Notes: generated by a model not told the origin, from the letters alone. A stretch of 37,903 nt of DNA from Octopus bimaculoides (GCF_001194135.2 NC_068986.1:68125853-68163755); one strand, 5' to 3'; positions 1 through 11,410 are shown, numbered from the stretch's first letter. Numbers and translations: made by a program.

Positions 1-18
1 TATATATATATATATATT
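1..18. repeat. (TA)n microsatellite
   Basis: Direct read. Confidence 0.9.
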
Positions 19-907
19 CATTTTTATTTTTATTTTTAATGAAGATATCTTACAATTTGTAGGATTAAGTTGGATTCGTTAATAATAATAATAAAAAGAG
101 GAAAATAGACTTAGGACGCACTGGTGGATTTACGTATTAGGTATAGCCTGATAAAACAAACAACCAGCGCTGAAACACGTTTTGCGATGATTAATATTAT
201 CTTCTTTCCCCACAGACTAATAACAGGTAAGGCATATATATATTTTTTTTAATATGTTTAAATAATTTATAATTAATTCTAACGTACTTTATTCTTATTG
301 TATGTTACAGTAGGCTTTAAAATGTTTATATTACTAGATTAGTATTTTGGATATAATTTTCTATGTGTACTCCAGTAAATAAGGTTGTCCTGAAATTGAA
401 GTTGAGTGCGTGTGACTGTATGACATGATATGCACGCATACATGCATGCTTACATAAATACGTATATACGTACATACAAAGCAATAGTTTTTCGAAAATT
501 AAGCTAAGAAGCAAAACATGCTATTGTCCATTGATTATAGAAGGCTGTTCTGGAGCTAAAAAGGATGTTAGATAGATAAGCATCAGACAACCATTTTCCC
601 ATACTCATTGTATACCGCACTTAATTACAGAATATTCGTTTTCTTATCATGCAGTGAGTGACCTTTCTTTTATCTGACGCAATATGCAAGCACGTGGATA
701 CAACAAATGACAGCCGCATTGGGAGTGGGGCGTTTATAACTGCCAAATTTACGAATATCTGATTGTAGACGACTGCATAGCTTACATATTTATATTGTAC
801 TTCATCATGTTTATATTTTGGTAATTATATAGTTTTATAGATTCCTCACATGATTCTCATTAATAAACATATCATTTATTTATGATATTTTTCTCTAGAA
901 CTTCCTC

Positions 908-952
908 TTACTCTCTTCTCTCTCTCTCTCTTTCTCTCTCTATCTCTCTCTG

Positions 953-1016
<64 letters not shown>
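908..1016. repeat. Compound (CT)n-(TA)n microsatellite
   Basis: Direct read; explains the SLSL/YIYI ORF artefacts. Confidence 0.95.
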
Positions 1017-1020
<4 letters not shown>

Positions 1021-1169
1021 CATACCTATCTCTCACACACACACAATCTCTCTTACCTCGTCTCTCCTGCCCATCATTCCTTCTCTTCCTCTTTTGAGGC
1101 ATACAATCACACATTCCTATATACACACAACAGTGTTTATATATATATATGTATATATTATGACCCCAA

Positions 1170-1345
1170 TGGACTTGCGATCTCAGGATCGCAGTTTCGA
1201 TTCCCAGACTGGGCGTTGTGAGTGTTTATTGAGCGAAAACACTTAAAGCTCCACGAGGCTTCGGCAGGGGGTGTGCGGGGTGGCGAACCCTGCTGTACTC
1301 TTTCACCACAACTTTTTCTCTCTCTTTCTTCCTGTTTCTGTTGTA
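1170..1345 (+). mobile_element. tRNA-derived SINE, family C, 5'-degenerate
   Basis: B-box-like GTTTCGATTCC followed by GGCGTTGTG..TTGAGCGAAAACACTT, resembling the copy at 27143. Boundaries approximate. Confidence 0.55.
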
Positions 1346-1417
1346 CCTGTATTTCATATGAGAGGTAATGTATTGTGCATCAGCTTATAGCCATGACTAA
1401 AGGATTATTATTATTAT

Positions 1418-1451
<34 letters not shown>

Positions 1452-1454
1452 AAT

Positions 1455-1613
1455 GGAATTTCTTCCGGCCTTACGTTCCGAGTTAACATTCCGCCGAGTT
1501 AACATTTCATTTTTGGAATCGATGAAATAAGTACCAGGCGAGCGCTGGAACCGATGTAATCGACTATTCCCTTCCCCACAAATTTCAAGCCTTGTTCCTA
1601 TAGTAGAAAGGAT
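1455..1613 (+). mobile_element. SINE family A, 5'-truncated
   Basis: GATGAAATAAGTACCAG..GATGTAATCGAC..GCCTTG..AGAAAGGATTATT matches the 3' half of the other family A copies. Confidence 0.75.
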
Positions 1614-1630
1614 TATTGTTATTATTAAAA

Positions 1631-1846
1631 CAGTGAGCCGACAGAATCGTCAGCGCGTCGATCAAAATGTTCAACAGCATTTCTTCTGGCTCTTTACATT
1701 CTGAATTCAGATTGCGCCAAGGTCGACTTGTCTTTCATCGTTTCGATATAGGTAAAATAAGTACCACTTGAGCAATGGGGTTGATTTTATCAACTTCTTA
1801 CCCATTTCCTAAACAATTGCTGGTATTGAGCTAAAATTAGAAAGAA
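1631..1846 (+). mobile_element. SINE family A (tRNA-derived, CORE-like; probably octopus OR/OK type)
   Basis: A-box-like CGACAGAATCG, B-box-like GAATTCAGATT and CORE-like GGTAAAATAAGTACC. About 20 related copies in the window. Confidence 0.8.
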
Positions 1847-2563
1847 GTGTTATTACCATCATGATCATCAATTATGTTGGTTTTCGACAGTTTTATGTAA
1901 GTCTATACCGCAACAGGTACACCACTGTGTTTGTGGGGTGTGTGCACCATTGACTTTGAGGTGTAGAATTATGTTTATATGCCATATCGAGTTTGCTTTG
2001 TTGTGGGGAGTTGTTGTTTTGTTATTTATTTCACTGATATTATTTTAGAGTCTCGTCTGTTTATTTTGTAAACTATGTGATATGTGAGTTGTTATTTCGA
2101 AGGGTGGCGTCTATCTTTAGTATGTTCTTTGTGAGTTGAAGGCATTATAGTGTTCGGTACGTATTATGTAAGAATATCTGCTGTGTTATTTTATTGAGAG
2201 TAATTGTGTGGATTCTGCACTGTCCTGATTGCATTATACCATTAAGTGTGAGTTGTATTATTTTATTAGGAGTCACGGTATAACACATGTACTGTGTATG
2301 TTGGAGTTTGAGTTCAATTCTCATCGAGTACATCCTTCCTTCTTATCATTCGGGTATCGATGGAATAAAATACTAGTCAAATACAAATAGTTAAATTTGA
2401 CATGCTTATATATCTACTACACAGGTTACAACTATTTCATCGATTTTTTTTTTCTTCTCTAAATTTCTAGCCCCTTGTCTCTATATAAGAGATTTATCTC
2501 TAAACTTTTTAAGGTCGATAAAACAAGTATCAGTTGAGCGCGGAAGTTGATGCAATCGACTAG

Positions 2564-2565
<2 letters not shown>

Positions 2566-2636
<71 letters not shown>
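2566..2636. repeat. (CA)n microsatellite running into a gap
   Basis: Direct read. Confidence 0.95.
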
Positions 2637-3017
2637 NNNNNNNNNNNNNNNNNNNNNNNNNNNNNNNNNNNNNNNNNNNNNNNNNNNNNNNNNNNNNNNN
2701 NNNNNNNNNNNNNNNNNNNNNNNNNNNNNNNNNNNNNNNNNNNNNNNNNNNNNNNNNNNNNNNNNNNNNNNNNNNNNNNNNNNNNNNNNNNNNNNNNNNN
2801 NNNNNNNNNNNNNNNNNNNNNNNNNNNNNNNNNNNNNNNNNNNNNNNNNNNNNNNNNNNNNNNNNNNNNNNNNNNNNNNNNNNNNNNNNNNNNNNNNNNN
2901 NNNNNNNNNNNNNNNNNNNNNNNNNNNNNNNNNNNNNNNNNNNNNNNNNNNNNNNNNNNNNNNNNNNNNNNNNNNNNNNNNNNNNNNNNNNNNNNNNNNN
3001 NNNNNNNNNNNNNNNNN
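2637..3017. other. Assembly gap (N run)
   Basis: N run. Other gaps: 12341-12945, 15219-15294, 21942-22187, 34454-34463, 34909-35079. Confidence 1.
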
Positions 3018-3375
3018 AAGATCACTCAGAGAGCGCAAACATCCACCAAGGCAACACTAACGTCCTCTCAACGATTAGCCGGAGATGATTTTTAAAATGA
3101 CAATATCTGAAAAAAACTCAATTGCTCTCACAAACGAGAATACTAAAAATGAACCCGACCGCTCTCAAAAATTAAGTAAAAAATAATAATAATAATAATC
3201 CAGATTCCTTGTCCCATAGCCGATCGATCCCAAAATCTAATCAGTTCATGCCAGTCACGAGGCCAAACATCCTTGAAAGTGTCATCCGAATCCATCCAGC
3301 GGTTCTTGAGATATCTTGTCCACGGACAAACAAACGCGACTGAAAACAATACCTCCGCTAGGGCGGAGGTAATAA
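3018..3375 (-). mobile_element. Non-autonomous Helentron-type element (HINE/DINE-1-like), near complete
   Basis: 5' TTATTACCTCCGC hairpin (TACCTCCGC 3350-3358 / GCGGAGGTA 3363-3371), a GTTT/GTCC repeat core and a 3' end GTTTGCGCTCTCTGAGTG. This architecture is typical of HINEs. Homologous to 6867-7065 and 7671-7850. Confidence 0.7.
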
Positions 3376-3596
3376 GGTTTCGATTATACATGTAACATAG
3401 AGATTTAATAAAGTTTGTTGTGTGTGCAATATAAAAGAATTGAATAAAAAACCAAAAAAAAAGAAAGAAAGGTTTGGTGTATGCCAGATGCAGAGATGTA
3501 CGTATAAGCGTAGCGTAAGGTGTAAATAAAATTTGCAAGTGTACCAAAACTTTTGCAAGACTTTCCCAATGTCTTTTTGTATGTATGATAACAATC

Positions 3597-3815
3597 GTTT
3601 CCACTATAGGCTCAAGGCCTAAGATTTCGGGGAAAGAGACTAGTCGATTAATTACATCGACCGTAGTGTTTTTCACTGGTATTTAATTTATCAACCCCGA
3701 AAGGATGAAAAGCAAAGTCGACCTCGCTGGAATTTGAACTCAGAACGTAGCGACGGGCGAAACATTGCTAAGCATTTCGTCCAGCGTGCTAACGATTCTA
3801 CCAACTCGCCACCCT
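3597..3815 (-). mobile_element. SINE family A
   Basis: Minus strand reads GAGTTGGTAGAATCGTTAGCACG..GAGTTCAAATTCC..GGGGTTGATAAATTAAATACC. Confidence 0.85.
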
Positions 3816-4924
3816 TTATTTACTGTAATAATCCTTTCTACTATAGGCAGGAGGCCTGAAATTTGGGGGTGGGGGATTTGTTCCTGCACCGCAGAAACAG
3901 TGAGCTAATCGCTGTAATCGACTTACGCACTCCCATGAAATTGCTGGCCTTGTGCCAAAATTTGAAATCATTATTATTGTTGTTGTTATGAATCCAAACC
4001 TTGCCGATGTCCACTTAGCCTTTTGTTATTCTCGCTGGTGTTGCTGTAAATCAAGCACTTAATTACTGGCTTTTGTATAATTGACAGCTTCCCCTATTTC
4101 CTTAAAATTTAGTTGACCAAATTTCTGCCTGCGTCAGTAATTATTATTGTTGGTATGATTCATTATATGATTATTATAGTGGTGGATCCTGAGATCATCA
4201 ACGAAATATCTTGTAGTATTTAGTTACAGCCCTTTCCGCTTTGACTTCAAATCATGTTGCGTTTACCTTTCACTTCCACGTTTCCAAGAAATTTATGGCC
4301 TTGTGTCTATTAAAAATCGTTATTTAAAGGAAGGTGTTATGGAAGAACTGTGGCTTTCTGGACTAAATGCTTCAAAAAATATTTAGTTGCGTTTTTTACT
4401 TTGTTTCTTTTACACACACTGAGTTAATATCCTGCCGTGTCTGGGTTTGCAGTTCATCCCTTCAGAGACGATAATATAACAAAATTATGCTGGAAAAAAT
4501 TTTGATCAATTATATCCTTCCTTTACGAAATTAGTCTTGTACTTAAAGGTGAAATTGATATTAAAAGGTTAACGATGTCATGTGATAGATAGAAATAAAC
4601 CCTAACGAGGAGGAACATATGCAATGCAAAGTTAGAAAGGGTTAGTCAAAACATATAAAGAAATAAATACCTTCAACTTTGTCGGTATCGGCATAACAAT
4701 AATATGAAAATATTTTCGGAGAGGTTCAGTAAACTTTAGACAAACGGACTTGTTGGTATTATGAGCTAACAAATTCAAGATGTTTGTACTGTATTACAAA
4801 CATGTTAAAATACGGTGGATGGTCAGGAGTTCGTCTCATGTTACAAACTTTATGACATCAGACTCATTACATAAAGCATTTTAGTTGTCACTAAAATATT
4901 GTGTTTAGTTCACAACTTTACTAG

Positions 4925-5130
4925 TTTTAAATTTCAGCACAAGGCCAGCAATTTCCGGGGTTTCGTTGTGTCGATCACATCGATCCTAGTGCTCAACTGG
5001 TACTTATTTTATCGAACTCGAAAGAATGAAAAGCAAAGTTAACCCTCAGAGGAATTTGAATACAGAACGTAAAGACGGACGAAATGCCGCAAAGCATTTT
5101 GCCTGGAATGCTAACGATTTTGCCAGCTTA
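4925..5130 (-). mobile_element. SINE family A
   Basis: Same head, CORE-like and tail motifs on the minus strand. Confidence 0.85.
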
Positions 5131-5194
5131 GTTATAACCTTAGTTATAACATTATAGGCAAGTTATAATCGTCAGCAGTATAAACATTATTTTT

Positions 5195-5452
5195 ATGGGC
5201 AGAATCGTTAGAAAGTCAAACTTTGTGATTTTATATACAAATTCCGTCCAGATCAACTTCGCCTTTCATTCTTTTGGGTTCGATAAAATAAAGTATCAGT
5301 CACCCAGTTTTGTGAACTTGCACCCAAATTAGAAAGAATTATTATTATTATTATTATTATTATTGTTGTTGTTGTTGTTGTTATTAGGGTGGCTACCTGG
5401 CAGAATCGTTAGCACGCCAGATGAAATGTTTAGCGGTATTTCGTATCTGTGA
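5195..5452 (+). mobile_element. Two partial SINE A copies separated by an (ATT)n(GTT)n tract
   Basis: GGCAGAATCGTTAG heads at ~5198 and ~5399. The second copy stops after its head. Confidence 0.7.
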
Positions 5453-5464
5453 AGTTAATACGTG

Positions 5465-6012
5465 GTTATTTTTGAATAGTTTTTGTGCTGCTTTGCAGCG
5501 GTTTGGGTGTTTACGTGTGTAATTTGTTTGAGCTTTCTCTTCTCGTAAGAGAAGTAACAGTTGGTTGAAGAATGTCTGAAGACAGTTATAGTTACTCAGA
5601 CATGTCATCGTCCGAGGAGGGGCTGCTGGAGGCAGTTAAGACAATGGACCAGAAACTGATAAAAGAGAAGCGGAATTTTGCTGATGTAGCAAGGTGCAAG
5701 GAAACAGAAGTGGATATCAAGGAATTCGGAAGACACAGAGAAGAAATGAACCGAAATGAACCGAGAAGAGAGCCGCAGAGAGGAAGTAACCGAAAAAGAA
5801 AAGGAAGTAGCGGAAATAGGTAAAAATAAATGGGAAAATGTGACAGGAAAAAACGAAAAAGGGCAAGTGAACTGAACTGTAAATCCCATTCCACCCACGC
5901 CCTCTCAGACCCACCCAGTCCCTTCAGACACTAGGCCCATCCATTCCCATCCGACACAAAAACAAGAGGCAAACACATACAAAAAATACCAAGACCCCTC
6001 CCCCAAGTCAAA
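5465..6012 (+). mobile_element. Putative 5'UTR and ORF1 start of an L1/Tx1-like LINE (decayed)
   Basis: T/G-rich leader, then the ORF MSEDSYSYSDMSSSEEGLLEAV..KRNFADVAR..RKRK, abutting a Tx1-like ORF2 fragment. Assignment inferred from composition and context. Confidence 0.4.
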
Positions 6013-6190
6013 ACCATCGAGACCCGGCGACTTCTTCCCGGGGCATTCGCCCAGCACCTCGATAACCTCCTCGGCTGTGATTGGCCCCTCACAGCACTCA
6101 GCCTCTCGTGCCGAGAGACGCGGGCCGCTAGACAGGAAGTACCTAAGGGCCTCACCATGATCCAGCGCCTCGTTCCTCCCGAACAACTCG
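6013..6190 (-). mobile_element. L1/Tx1-like LINE ORF2 fragment (pre-RT 'Z' region)
   Basis: PRLSAREAECCEGPITAEEVIEVLGECPGKKSPGLDG matches the EGPIT.EE..AL....GKSPGLDG motif found upstream of RT in the L1/Tx1 clade. Confidence 0.8.
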
Positions 6191-6866
6191 CCGCACGGAA
6201 AAGAATAAAAGAAAGTGTAATCTTTTTATGTGTGGCATAGCTACAATTGCTTACAGCCGAAAACTTATTGAAGTTTTTATTTATTATTTAGTATGCGATT
6301 TTATCCATTTAGCTGCACAGGAATGTTAATCAACAGGGTTATGCAATTAAATGTAATTGACAGTATTGTATAGATAAGTTGATGATAGTTGCAGTTTCAA
6401 AATCTAGATAAGCAGAAGCATAATGTTTCTGATCTAAATGTTACATAGAAAGTTATAAGAGCGCTATGGCTTCTCATTTTCTGCTTTGAATATCTCTTCT
6501 CGTTGTTCTCGTTCTCTTCTCTCCCCTTATCATCACCATTAGTAGCAGCAGTAGAATCACTTTTCAAGAGAAAATATATTACCGATATGAACTTTAATCG
6601 TTATCCATTTACTTGTTATCTGAGCATTTATTACTATTTAACTTGTACTTTAAAGAAAAGAAAAAGATAATTAACTACTGCAACCTTGAGGTATTGTATT
6701 TAAAAATGTTACTGAAAGGAGTGATAAGCTTGGAAACGGATGCAGATTTATGTCTTTATAAGCAGGGTTGCAACTTCTTGGGTCACCTTCAAACAATTCT
6801 ATACAAGTCATCTTCGACATAAACTGTCCAGAAGTAGGCGGTAGCATTTCAGTCAAGTATGATTCT

Positions 6867-7065
6867 TTATTACCTCCGCTTTAGTGAAGGCGGAGGTATT
6901 GCTGTTAATCGTGTTTGTTTGTTTGTTTGTCCGTGAACAAGATATCTCAAGAATCGCTGGATGGATTCGGATGACACTTTCAGGGATGTTTTGTTTTGTG
7001 AGTGGCACGAACCGATTAGATTTAGGGATAGCCCGGTACCGGACAAGGGTTCTGGATTATTTATT
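6867..7065 (+). mobile_element. HINE 5' portion
   Basis: TTATTACCTCCGC..GCGGAGGTA hairpin, (GTTT)n and CAAGATATCTCAAGAA..GGATGGATTCGGATGACACTTTCA. Reverse complement of 3200-3375. Confidence 0.7.
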
Positions 7066-7412
7066 ATATTTACTTTACATGAAGTATTACGATCTTAAGT
7101 TCACTTTCAAGGCTGTCTCTGATTATCTCCCTTTAAAGCACGCTTATGGCGGCGTTGCTGTTTCCAAAGTTTTATTTTCGTTTGTCTATTATTAATTTTA
7201 CTCGAGTCTCTATCTTAGTACAAATTGATGGATAAAGAAATCAAACTACATAAACAAACGGCAGCAAAACCATTCAGAAATTAAATAACACTAACATATT
7301 CAGTGACAATAATAAATTTAATTTCTCCTCCACAATTATTAATTTTACCAATTTTTAATATATCGCTACTTGACAATTGCATTTCTAGCTCTGCCTTGAA
7401 GGAAGCTTTACT

Positions 7413-7580
7413 TCTTGGACTCACGTTTTTGTGCTCAAAGATGTTGTTAAACTTCCGTTAACAACACCGTATGCAGGTCCCTTCCGTTTTCTTTCACGCA
7501 CGGATAAAATTTTCGCTATGGACCTTTATGGTCGTAAAGACACTATAGCAGTGAATAGACTAAAAAGAGCCTTCATAGAA
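7413..7580 (+). mobile_element. Gypsy LTR-retrotransposon integrase C-terminal (GPY/F) remnant
   Basis: WTHVFVLKDVVKLPLTTPYAGPFRFLSRTDKIFAMDLYGRKDTIAVNRLKRAF fits the HVFVR.D....L.PPY.GPF.V..R..K.F......G..D.VSIDRLKPA pattern. Confidence 0.8.
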
Positions 7581-7670
7581 AAAACTGTCCTTGTTTCCAC
7601 TGCAGACGACACACACACACAACATTACAAACACGGTCCGCACACCCACCTTCACATTCCATGATTACCA

Positions 7671-7850
7671 TTGGAATCGATCAGGTACCGGACAAGGATT
7701 CTGGGTTATATTTCCGGTTTTTTAACTTAATTTTTGAGAGCGGTCGGGTTCATTTTTAGTATTCTCGTTTGTGAGCGCAATCGAGTTTATTTCAGATGTT
7801 GTCATTTTAAAAACCATCTCCGGCTAATCGTTGAGAGGACGTTGGTTTTT
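7671..7850 (+). mobile_element. HINE 3' portion
   Basis: TTTTTGAGAGCGGTCGGGTTCATTTTTAGTATTCTCGTTTGTGAG..GCTAATCGTTGAGAGGACGTT is the reverse complement of 3055-3185. Confidence 0.7.
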
Positions 7851-8045
7851 GTCGTTAGTGTTGTGTCGAGTCATTTGATTCCCAGTTGCATTTGATGTGT
7901 GTTCGCTTTATGTAAGTCTTGCTATTGTTAAATTGTTGAAGGTCTACCGCACCTAATTGTTATATTACTGAATTGCTGAATTTATTGTTACCTGAATTTT
8001 TCTTTTTCTTCCCCATTTATGGGTGAAGTTGTGTAGAATATCGTT

Positions 8046-8468
8046 ATGGAATGCCAACCAATTCCAGCTGGCAGTTACGCTGCAGTGACTGGGACAAGTC
8101 TAACAACAGATATACTGCAAGTTAGAGACATTCAACTGGAAGAAAGACATTTCCAGAAATACAATGAACTATTAAGAAAGGAGAGAGACAGCCTGAGGCT
8201 GACGCCGCCTAAGGAAGTTATTAAAAAGACAGAGAGCAGGACTGTAATATACAGAACGCTGTCTATTACAATAAAACGAATTGAAATAGCTGCAGAAGAG
8301 GCAGTCGAAGAATGCTTGAGAAAAGTAAAAAATCTAACGATGTATTACACCGGAGGAAAGAAATATGGCACAGTGGAGGTGCGCTTCGCGAACGAAGAAG
8401 AAGCGATAAAACACTCCACTGTGCCTTTGAGATCAACTGAGTGGGTACTACTACTAAATTACAAATGA
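8046..8468 (+). CDS. 140-aa ORF with an RRM-like segment; probably a non-LTR retrotransposon ORF1 remnant
   Basis: Non-repetitive ORF. KKYGTVEVRFANEEEAIKH resembles an RNP1/RRM strand-helix. No ORF2 follows. Confidence 0.4.
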   Translation: MECQPIPAGSYAAVTGTSLTTDILQVRDIQLEERHFQKYNELLRKERDSLRLTPPKEVIKKTESRTVIYRTLSITIKRIEIAAEEAVEECLRKVKNLTMYYTGGKKYGTVEVRFANEEEAIKHSTVPLRSTEWVLLLNYK

Positions 8469-8644
8469 AAGGAAACGGGTTATCATTAGGTTCTATTGAT
8501 CATAATCTTACCCAGCTAAAGAGTATGATGAGCATCTGGTTTTGTCGAAGTTCAGCGATTGCTCAGAGCTGCCAGGATCTGAAAAGTTCCCTCTAATTCT
8601 CAATAGCAAATTAAATATTTGAAATGTAATTTCGTTGCAGTCGT

Positions 8645-9319
8645 GGGATCTATTTTTAAACGGGGGCGCCTGTATTTTCTTAACGAAATACTAACGAAAC
8701 ACTTTGAAACTTGGGACACTGGTAGAATGTGTCATATAAAACATCTTTTACTCTTAGTCTTCTTAACAAAAAAAAGGAATTCGCAAGTTATTCCATGTTA
8801 AAGTTGTCGTATTTCTGTAATTTCAACCAATCACTGACGTCTATTCAGCTCAATAGAGTTACTGCTGGGCGGTCATAAGAATGTTATTCCCTATGACATA
8901 TTTCATCCGGTTTAATCGTAATTTATACGCATATACTGTTTATATAATAAATTACGCTGTGCGTATCTATGTGTGTAATAATTTTAGAGTTCGGTTTCTA
9001 GAGTTAGGGTTAGTTTTAGGGTTAGGGTTAGGGTTACGGTTACGGTTAACAGTCTAGTTAAGGTTAGGGTTAGGGTTAGGGGATTAATACGATATACACC
9101 GTTACAGCGCTAACTGTTTTCAACTGAATAGACGTCAGTGATTAGTAGAAATTATCGAAATAAGACAATTTTTTACATGAAATAAATTCGAATACAAAAA
9201 TATTTTTCTGTTCTATAACACAAAATAGATAAGTATACGAAGTTTGAAAGTCTTTCCGTACCAAAAACACTACGTAAAACATAAATGAAAACTGGCGCCC
9301 CCGTTTTAAAATAGATCCC
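8645..9319. mobile_element. 675-bp MITE with 26-bp TIRs, inner 20-bp IRs, internal TTAGGG repeats and a 6-bp TSD
   Basis: TIRs GGGATCTATTTTTAAACGGGGGCGCC at 8645-8670 and 9294-9319 (25/26). Inner IR AATCACTGACGTCTATTCAG at 8829-8848 and 9124-9143. AGTCGT at 8639-8644 and 9320-9325. Confidence 0.9.
9004..9083 (+). repeat. Degenerate interstitial (TTAGGG)n inside the MITE
   Basis: Direct read: TTAGGG and TTACGG units. Confidence 0.9.
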
Positions 9320-9679
9320 AGTCGTGTGGCCACCATGAAAGATTATTACAGCTTAACATTTATAGAGATGTGGAGGTGCTTCTTCGGAGCTAAGAAGCTA
9401 AAGAATAGTATAACGTTAGTTGGTTTTATTGATATGTATAATTACTATCTAGAAAACTAGAGAGGAGTGAAAATTGTATCATCTGCTCACATGCGAAGGA
9501 AGAGTAAGCATTTCCTTCTTATAAATATGAATAACGAAGATCAAATAACGGAAATATGTTTGAAACATATATATATATATATATATATATATAGCTACGA
9601 ACCAATTCCACCTTTCTCCTCAGTTAACCCGACGCAATATGAATGCCTCCTCCATAAACTTCCGCGTTGTCTTCCTGCC

Positions 9680-9780
9680 TAGTCACCGTACTAACAACTT
9701 TACCACCTCCCATTCCTAGATTACCAACACTTTGGAATTTTCTTGCCGCTGACATTTTTTGTTGCATATGTTGACCTAAT
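9680..9780 (+). mobile_element. Decayed 3' end of a CR1/L2/Jockey-group LINE ORF2
   Basis: HRTNNF then, after a frameshift, IPRLPTLWNFLAADIF; resembles the terminal motif FIPRTS.LWNSLP..VF. Confidence 0.35.
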
Positions 9781-10219
9781 GAGCATGAACCACGTCATTC
9801 TGACCAGCAAGAAAACATTCCACCACACCACCACTACAACGAGAACAACAAAACAACTACTGCAACTTCTTTACATTGACATAAAAGCCTGACATACTTC
9901 AGAGATGGATAAACCATGGGGTCTTTGGTATAAAAAAGGTAAACTGTTTTGAAATTAAGCTCGAACGGATTCGAAACCTTTCTCTTGTTATGCGGTGCAG
10001 GTTATTCGTTAATGCGTTTAGTTAGTTATATTACTATAAGTGTCTTCAACATTGTTTATGTATGTTTGCTAAAAAGACTAGGCGAATGTGGTAAAATATT
10101 GATAGTAAGAATCCTCTAATTTATGTCTATTTAAGCAAGAAACCTTTGTCATCTCTGTCATCGATGTCTAGTACACACATAGTATATGATTGGACTTTCA
10201 ATAGCTAGAGAAATATTAG

Positions 10220-10431
10220 TTTCAAATTTTGGCACAAGGCTAACAAGTTCAGGTAAGAGATTAAGTCGATTCCATCGATCCCAGTGCTCAACTGGTACTT
10301 ATTTTATCGACTCCGAAAGGATGAAAGGCAAAGTCGACCTCAGCAGAATTTGAACTCAGAACACAAGGACGGTCGAAATGCCACTAAGCATTTTGCCCAG
10401 CGTGCTAAAGATTCTGCAAGTACGCCGCCTT
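10220..10431 (-). mobile_element. SINE family A with a perfect 20-bp TSD
   Basis: Full head and tail. AATAGCTAGAGAAATATTAG at 10200-10219 and 10432-10451. Confidence 0.92.
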
Positions 10432-10774
10432 AATAGCTAGAGAAATATTAGAAAATGCATCTTAATAACATCTATAAAGCTAAATATTTGAAATGCTTTA
10501 ACAACAATTTATCTAATAAAGTTTGATCAAACATGTTTAGATCTGTGAATATATCAAGAAGCCTTAAAATGATTGGTCTCTATTATAGTAAGTTCACACA
10601 AAGCAGGCTAGAAGCTTCTTCTGTCGAGTATATGTGCACTAGTCATGAGCTATACAGGAATGCTTTACTGGAGCCAGAGAAATACGGTAACTAGAAGTTA
10701 TCTTGTTACAAAATTTCAATAAACCTCGATGAATCCTTGAAGTAGCAGAATTGGTACCAATATTTGAAATGGTA

Positions 10775-10979
10775 GAAGGCGGCGAGCAGGCAGAATCGCA
10801 AGCACATCGGGAAAAATGCTTAGCAGCATTTGATCTGTCTTTACATTCTGAGTTCAAATCCCGCCGAAGTCAACTTTGCCTTTCATCTTTCCAGGATCAG
10901 TAAAAAACGTTGATCACTGGGGTTATCGACTTACTCTCTTTCCCGAAATTGGTGACCTTCTGCTAAAATTTGAAATCGG
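10775..10979 (+). mobile_element. SINE family A with an 11-bp TSD
   Basis: GGCGAGCAGGCAGAATCG..GAGTTCAAATCCC. TATTTGAAATG at 10761-10771 and 10980-10990. Confidence 0.85.
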
Positions 10980-11331
10980 TATTTGAAATGATATCATCAG
11001 TGAGTGTTCTGGATGTCTCCTGACTTCACAGATACAGATTTCCTAAAATAACAAAATGAAGCAATAAAATTGAACAAGCTTTTTAATCAAAGTTAGAAAG
11101 AATAAAGATATTGCGAATCAGATCAACGGTATCATAAACTCCAAATTCTGTACTAAGACACACTACGCTAAGCTATGTACAGCAAGCGTAGCGTTACAGC
11201 TGAATCTTTAACAATTTTTGATATCTTGGCATCTGAAGCTGCTGGAAATACGATAGATTGACCAAAAGAACCGGCTATTGCAAGAAAAAAATAAATATTG
11301 AAAAAAGCTCATTTGACTATAATAGCGCGAG

Positions 11332-11332
11332 A

Positions 11333-11367
<35 letters not shown>

Positions 11368-11410
11368 ACACACACACACACACACACACACACATGCACA
11401 CACACACACA
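11332..11410. repeat. (ATCT)n-(CA)n microsatellite
   Basis: Direct read. Confidence 0.9.

Noticed and set aside
143-188. Hammerhead-like relic CTGATAA..GAAAC-ACGT-TTT
   Set aside because: Several core substitutions and no stem II pairing; too degraded to call.
2145-2333. IIQLTLNGI as the start of a LINE apurinic endonuclease
   Set aside because: The downstream IQET and catalytic motifs could not be recovered in any frame.
4425-4468. Minus-strand CTGAAGG-G..CCC-AGAC-ACGG-CA hammerhead-like relic
   Set aside because: Core is incomplete and there is no convincing stem I.
9004-9083. True telomere or chromosome-fusion relic
   Set aside because: Short, degenerate and enclosed within MITE TIRs.
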